Assembly (NCBI GenBank): GCA_964448075.1
Contig: CAYUUR010000002.1
Span: 222,010-286,009, forward strand
DNA: 64,000 bases
Source: an uncultured Candidatus Saccharibacteria bacterium
Lineage (GTDB): Bacteria > Patescibacteriota > Saccharimonadia > Saccharimonadales > CAYUUR01
Direction of reading: 5' to 3'
This document shows, piece after piece, positions 59,869-64,000 of this stretch. The notes under the pieces were generated by a model. The model was not told where the DNA came from and made no database searches. It worked only from the letters and a program-made list of their open reading frames with translations. Position 1 is the first letter of the stretch, and the number at the start of each line of letters is the position of its first letter. The translations under genes and the position numbers were made by a program.

Positions 59869-61727
59869 GTTTGGCGCGAAGAATGACTGCGTTCTCTTTG
59901 GCAATTAGCTTTGCATTTATTGGCATGATTACTTTACTCAATCCTATGAGTGTGCATGCGGCCTTACAGGACACGGCGATTGCTGATTTTCCTGTAACAA
60001 ACGGTGCAGTGTATGCAATTGCTGCTTCATCTGACGGGTCAGTATATATCGGCGGTACATTTACCTCTGTAGACGGAGTTTCACGACGTAATGTTGCACG
60101 GATATTGAGTGATAATTCTGTCGACCCAGACTTTAATCCGAGCATTTATGCGGACGGGGATAACCCTGATGTAGTCAATTCATTTGTACTTGATGAGAGC
60201 ACTGCAACATTGTACGTTGGCGGTGGCTTCAATACTGTTAATGGGTCAACGACCAGGAATAATGTCGCAGCCGTTAATTCAGAAACAGGCCTTGTGACGG
60301 CGTTTAACCCGAACGTGAATGGCATGGTTCATACCCTTGAGCTTAATCCGGATGATGACATCCTGTATGCCGGCGGAAGCTTTACGACGGTCAATGGCGG
60401 TACGAGTCGCAAAGACCTGGCAGCATTCAACATTAATACGTCGACAACAACAGCATTCGATGCAGACATAGAAACGACAACGTGTGATGTGGGGGCAGAA
60501 ACAGTGTATGACTTGCTGTTTGACGCAAACGCCGATCGTCTATACATAGCTGGTCATTTCTATTCAGTCGCAGAACATTATTCACGTGGTCTGGTGTCCG
60601 TTAATCCAACAAGTGGCGCACCTGATGCAGCATTTGACCCAGATATAAGGTATTCAGGTGATGACGCCGATCTTGGACAGTGTTCAGATATATACAGTAT
60701 TGAAAAGTTAGGTAGTACGATATATGCTGGCGGATTCTTTGATAATGTCAATTCAGGTGCTGAAACTCGCACTAACTTCGCTGCATTTAACGCTGCAACC
60801 GGCGAGGTGACCACACTAGATATGGCATTCGATTATGCTGTGTATGATCTGGCGATCGACCCAATAGGTGGGGATCTTTACTTAGGCGGTAGTTTTTCTA
60901 TGGTTAATGGCTCAACTCAGAGAAATGAAGCCGCTGCCATTGATCTCGATACAGGTGAACTCACAACCTTTAACCCAAACATAACTACCGATCCTCCCGA
61001 ACCCTCTGTCCATACTATAGCTTTTAGTGATCGTGGCTATTTTTACGCTGGCGGTACTTTTGATCGTGTTGCCGGTGAGCCGCGAGCGAGTTTGGCGGCC
61101 TTTGCTAACCCCGATCCTGACAACGATGGCACCACCAGTGAAGTCGAAGATGCTGCCCCAAACAACGGTGATGCCAACAACGATGGTACCCCCGATGCCG
61201 AACAGGCTAATGTCACCTCATTCGTTAGTGCCGAAACAAACCAATATGTCACCATCGTCACGCCGTCAGGTACGACGTTATCAACGGTAACAGCCGCAGC
61301 AGCCCCAACTGAAGACGCCTTCACTCATTACTACGACCTCGTGGGCTTCACGGTAGAAGGAGTGACGCCAGGGGCTTCCATAGACATAACTATCCTGCAG
61401 CAAAATCCTGATTCAATTGAGGCCGACCAGCTGACTGCCCGCAAATACTTCCCAAGCACGGCCAGCTACCGAACCATTCCAAATGCCACCATTAGCAATC
61501 AAACTATCAACGATCAACCCGTACTCAGCCTGGCATTCAGCATTACAGACGGCGGAGACTACGATCTCGACCAAGCAGCTGACGGCAGCATTACCGATCC
61601 CGTATCGCTCGCCGCCACAGACCAAGACACCCTCGCCGAAACAGGACAGAACCAAACCATGATCCTCATCGCCTCCACACTCCTACTCGCCCTATCTCTA
61701 TACAAAGCCAGAAAGCTATACACATGA
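59865..61727 (+). CDS. LAETG-anchored surface protein, DUF5122/delta-60-type beta-propeller
   Basis: ATGA-coupled start. Repeats fit the form LYxGGxFxxVNGxxxRxxxAAxNxxTGxxTxFNPN. The C-terminus is LAETG + hydrophobic + KARKLYT. Confidence 0.85.
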   Translation: MSLARRMTAFSLAISFAFIGMITLLNPMSVHAALQDTAIADFPVTNGAVYAIAASSDGSVYIGGTFTSVDGVSRRNVARILSDNSVDPDFNPSIYADGDNPDVVNSFVLDESTATLYVGGGFNTVNGSTTRNNVAAVNSETGLVTAFNPNVNGMVHTLELNPDDDILYAGGSFTTVNGGTSRKDLAAFNINTSTTTAFDADIETTTCDVGAETVYDLLFDANADRLYIAGHFYSVAEHYSRGLVSVNPTSGAPDAAFDPDIRYSGDDADLGQCSDIYSIEKLGSTIYAGGFFDNVNSGAETRTNFAAFNAATGEVTTLDMAFDYAVYDLAIDPIGGDLYLGGSFSMVNGSTQRNEAAAIDLDTGELTTFNPNITTDPPEPSVHTIAFSDRGYFYAGGTFDRVAGEPRASLAAFANPDPDNDGTTSEVEDAAPNNGDANNDGTPDAEQANVTSFVSAETNQYVTIVTPSGTTLSTVTAAAAPTEDAFTHYYDLVGFTVEGVTPGASIDITILQQNPDSIEADQLTARKYFPSTASYRTIPNATISNQTINDQPVLSLAFSITDGGDYDLDQAADGSITDPVSLAATDQDTLAETGQNQTMILIASTLLLALSLYKARKLYT

Positions 61728-63244
61728 TCTCTCGCGTAAAACAACAACTAAACTTACTGACCAAATTCTTCACCATAACTGCACTAACTTTAAGCCTTCT
61801 CTTACCAGTCACTATCAGTGCAGCGCCAGAGCCAACTGATGTACCGGAGTTTATGGCTACCTGGGGAAGTAATGGTACCGGGGATGGACAGTTTGGTACT
61901 CCTGCAGGTGTAGAAACGGACCAGTTCGGTAATCTATATGTTGCAGATTCAGAACAAAACCGAATACAGAAGTTTAATCCATCGGGTGAATACCTAGACC
62001 AGTGGGACGGTAGTGCCAGTGGGAACGGTACTTTTAATTTGCCAGCCGGCTTAACGTTTACGCCAGATGGTAGCATTTATGTACTGGAAACATACGGCAG
62101 CAGGCGAGTCATGAAGTTTGATTCAAATTGGAATTATTTGTCACAATGGGGCGGTACTGGTTCTGGCAATGGTAAGTTTAATTCTCCATCAGGTATTACG
62201 AGCGACTCCCTTGGTAATATATACATTCTTGATGCCGGTAATAGGCGGGTACAGAAGTTCGACTCGGATGGTACCTACATAACAAAGTGGGGCAGTAATG
62301 GCTCAGGTAATGGGCAGTTCTTTATTCCGCAAGGTATTGCAACAGACAGTGATGACAATATTTACGTTGCAGATACTTATAACGACCGGGTACAGAAGTT
62401 CGACTCGGATGGTGCCTACATAACAAAGTGGGGCAGTAATGGCTCAGGTAATGGGCAGTTCAATCAGCCTTTTGGTATAGAAATTGACTCTCAGGGCAAT
62501 GTTAACGTAGCTGATATCGGAAATTCTCGTATCCAAAAATTTGATGCTAATGGCACCTATCTAGCACAATGGGGTACTGAAGTTCCTAGCTTCGCCCCAT
62601 ACTACATTGCTGCCGATTCTAAAGGTAACGTGTATGCGTCAGACGGTAATAACTTACTTATTCAAAAATTTACCTATGCCCCAGAAACTGTAACTCTAAC
62701 GAGTGCCGAGTCTGGTGCAGACATAAAACTATCTGCCGACGCCTTCACTACCTTCAGCTGTAGTACGTCTGTAACTGAAGACTCTCTAGCTACATCAGAC
62801 ACCACTCAAGACTACCCCCACGGTCTGGTAGACTTCTGTCTTGATGTAGTACCCGGTTCTGCTAATACCGTATCCCTGACCTTTGCAACAGACCTCACTC
62901 CCGACCAGGTCACCGCCAGAAAATATAACCCTACCACCCAGACTTACACTGATATACCTGACGCCACAATAACTGCAACCACCCTCAACGGTAACCCAGC
63001 CCTCCTCCTCACCTATGACATAACAGATGGTGGAGACCTAGACGATGACAATACAGCCAATGGAACTATCCTTGATCCAGTAGGTCTAGCGATAGCTGCC
63101 GAAACCACAACCAACACCAATACGTCTGATACGGACGCTTTGGCGGAGACGGGGGAGAGCAGATACGTTGGCTTGGCAGGCGCTTTAATCCTGACGATTA
63201 TGGGATTGCTTGTGCTTACGAAACGCCTCTACATTCGACAATAG
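61724..63244 (+). CDS. LAETG-anchored surface protein, NHL-repeat beta-propeller
   Basis: ATGA-coupled start. Six repeats fit the form G.G.GQF..P.GI..D..GN.YV.D..N.R.QKFD..G.Y. The pre-anchor module is shared with the BNR protein. The C-terminus is LAETGESRYVGLAGALILTIMGLLVLTKRLYIRQ. Confidence 0.85.
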   Translation: MISRVKQQLNLLTKFFTITALTLSLLLPVTISAAPEPTDVPEFMATWGSNGTGDGQFGTPAGVETDQFGNLYVADSEQNRIQKFNPSGEYLDQWDGSASGNGTFNLPAGLTFTPDGSIYVLETYGSRRVMKFDSNWNYLSQWGGTGSGNGKFNSPSGITSDSLGNIYILDAGNRRVQKFDSDGTYITKWGSNGSGNGQFFIPQGIATDSDDNIYVADTYNDRVQKFDSDGAYITKWGSNGSGNGQFNQPFGIEIDSQGNVNVADIGNSRIQKFDANGTYLAQWGTEVPSFAPYYIAADSKGNVYASDGNNLLIQKFTYAPETVTLTSAESGADIKLSADAFTTFSCSTSVTEDSLATSDTTQDYPHGLVDFCLDVVPGSANTVSLTFATDLTPDQVTARKYNPTTQTYTDIPDATITATTLNGNPALLLTYDITDGGDLDDDNTANGTILDPVGLAIAAETTTNTNTSDTDALAETGESRYVGLAGALILTIMGLLVLTKRLYIRQ

Positions 63245-63302
63245 TGTAAACATAAAAAAACGAGGTTTCTAATTATGGCGCATGAATCTATAATTGTAGG
63301 TA

Positions 63303-64000
63303 ATGAATCGATTATTAAAACGCGCTAACTCCCGGGTTAGCTTTGGTAGCGCCGCAACGATTCTGTTTGTGGTTACCTTAGCCGGGCAGTTTTTGGGCTT
63401 CCTGCGCAACCGCCTGGTGAGCGCTAACTGGAACACGCCAACAGAGCTAGGATCGACAGACGCGTTCTTTGCGGCGTTCCAAATACCTGATTTCTTCTAC
63501 TACACCATTGCCGCTGGAGCACTTGGCGTGGCATTTATGCCAATTTTAGCAGAGCGGCTTCAGGCTGGTGACCGAAAAAACCTATGGAAGATTACAAGCA
63601 GCTTGCTCAACTTGATGGCAGTTGCGATGGTGGGTGTTGCGGCAATACTTATTATCTTTGCCGAACCGTTGATCCATACGTTGTATCCAAAGCTACCTGC
63701 CGAGAATCTACAAGAAGCAGTAACTATGCTGCGACTCATATCGTTTAACCCACTCTTTTTCACTCTCGCAGGTATAATGTGGAGTGCTCAGCAAACGTTT
63801 GGCAGATTCTTCTTTTATGCCATCGGTCCTTTGATATATAACGCTTGTATTATCGTAAGTATCTACGTCTTTAAAGATAACCTAGGAATCGTTGGTCTGG
63901 GAATTGGCGCACTTGTTGGCGGTATCCTGCAGCTCGTGACCGCCTGGTTTGGTTTGTTTGGACTTAGGTTCAAATACTCACCGGTCATTATGTTCAAAAA
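63303..64000 (+). CDS. murJ: lipid II flippase MurJ/MviN, 5' fragment running off the window
   Basis: Hand translation from the ATG at 63303: MNRLLKRANSRVSFGSAATILFVVTLAGQFLGFLRNRLVSANW...DAFFAAFQIPDFFYYTIAAGALGVAFMPIL. This is a typical MurJ N-terminus. No stop codon occurs before 64000. A TATAAT box lies 8 nt upstream. Confidence 0.8.
   Translation, partial: MNRLLKRANSRVSFGSAATILFVVTLAGQFLGFLRNRLVSANWNTPTELGSTDAFFAAFQIPDFFYYTIAAGALGVAFMPILAERLQAGDRKNLWKITSSLLNLMAVAMVGVAAILIIFAEPLIHTLYPKLPAENLQEAVTMLRLISFNPLFFTLAGIMWSAQQTFGRFFFYAIGPLIYNACIIVSIYVFKDNLGIVGLGIGALVGGILQLVTAWFGLFGLRFKYSPVIMFK

Noticed and set aside
1-64000. CRISPR arrays, rRNA operons, IS elements, retrons and toxin-antitoxin pairs.
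   Set aside because: I saw no regularly spaced direct repeats, no rRNA-like sequence, no transposase or RT motifs, and no convincing small two-gene TA modules on either strand.

Overview
The window looks like a gene-dense stretch of a small Patescibacteria/CPR-type chromosome, with Saccharibacteria/TM7-like as the best guess. That inference rests on an archaeal-type AspRS, many type IV pilin paralogues, LAXTG surface proteins, and -10 boxes sitting almost on the start codons. The standard genetic code fits. I call about 70 protein genes. Housekeeping genes include uppP, nadD, aspS, tsaC, a murC-like ligase, tmk, dus, tilS, ftsH and a 5' fragment of murJ. There are three CAU-anticodon tRNAs, probably initiator, elongator Met and Ile2. 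I found no rRNA, CRISPR array, transposase, integrase or reverse transcriptase. Accessory content is concentrated in four places. (1) Two paralogous operons (21.9-25.8 kb and 58.0-63.2 kb) plus one stand-alone gene (44.2-45.9 kb) encode six LA(E/D)TG-anchored beta-propeller surface proteins of four repeat families. They show a mosaic, gene-conversion pattern, and one has a homopolymer frameshift that detaches its anchor. (2) Each operon is preceded by a 0.56-0.69 kb ORF-free region. The two copies share long identical blocks separated by hairpins that differ in sequence but keep their pairing. I read this as a large structured RNA that I cannot assign to a known family, and it is my top candidate. 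(3) The 38-52 kb region holds five type IV pilin paralogues with a shared promoter motif, two GT-C glycosyltransferases, a collapsed LAETG mini-gene and a QueC-like/PLP-enzyme pair. It also holds a family of tRNA-fMet-derived pseudo-tRNA boxes at gene 3' ends and a roughly 115-nt covarying structured element present in two copies. (4) A crtI / split lycopene-cyclase / UbiA-prenyltransferase module of the C50-carotenoid type is driven from a 21-bp bidirectional promoter. All calls rest on reading the sequence and the ORF translations. No database search was possible.
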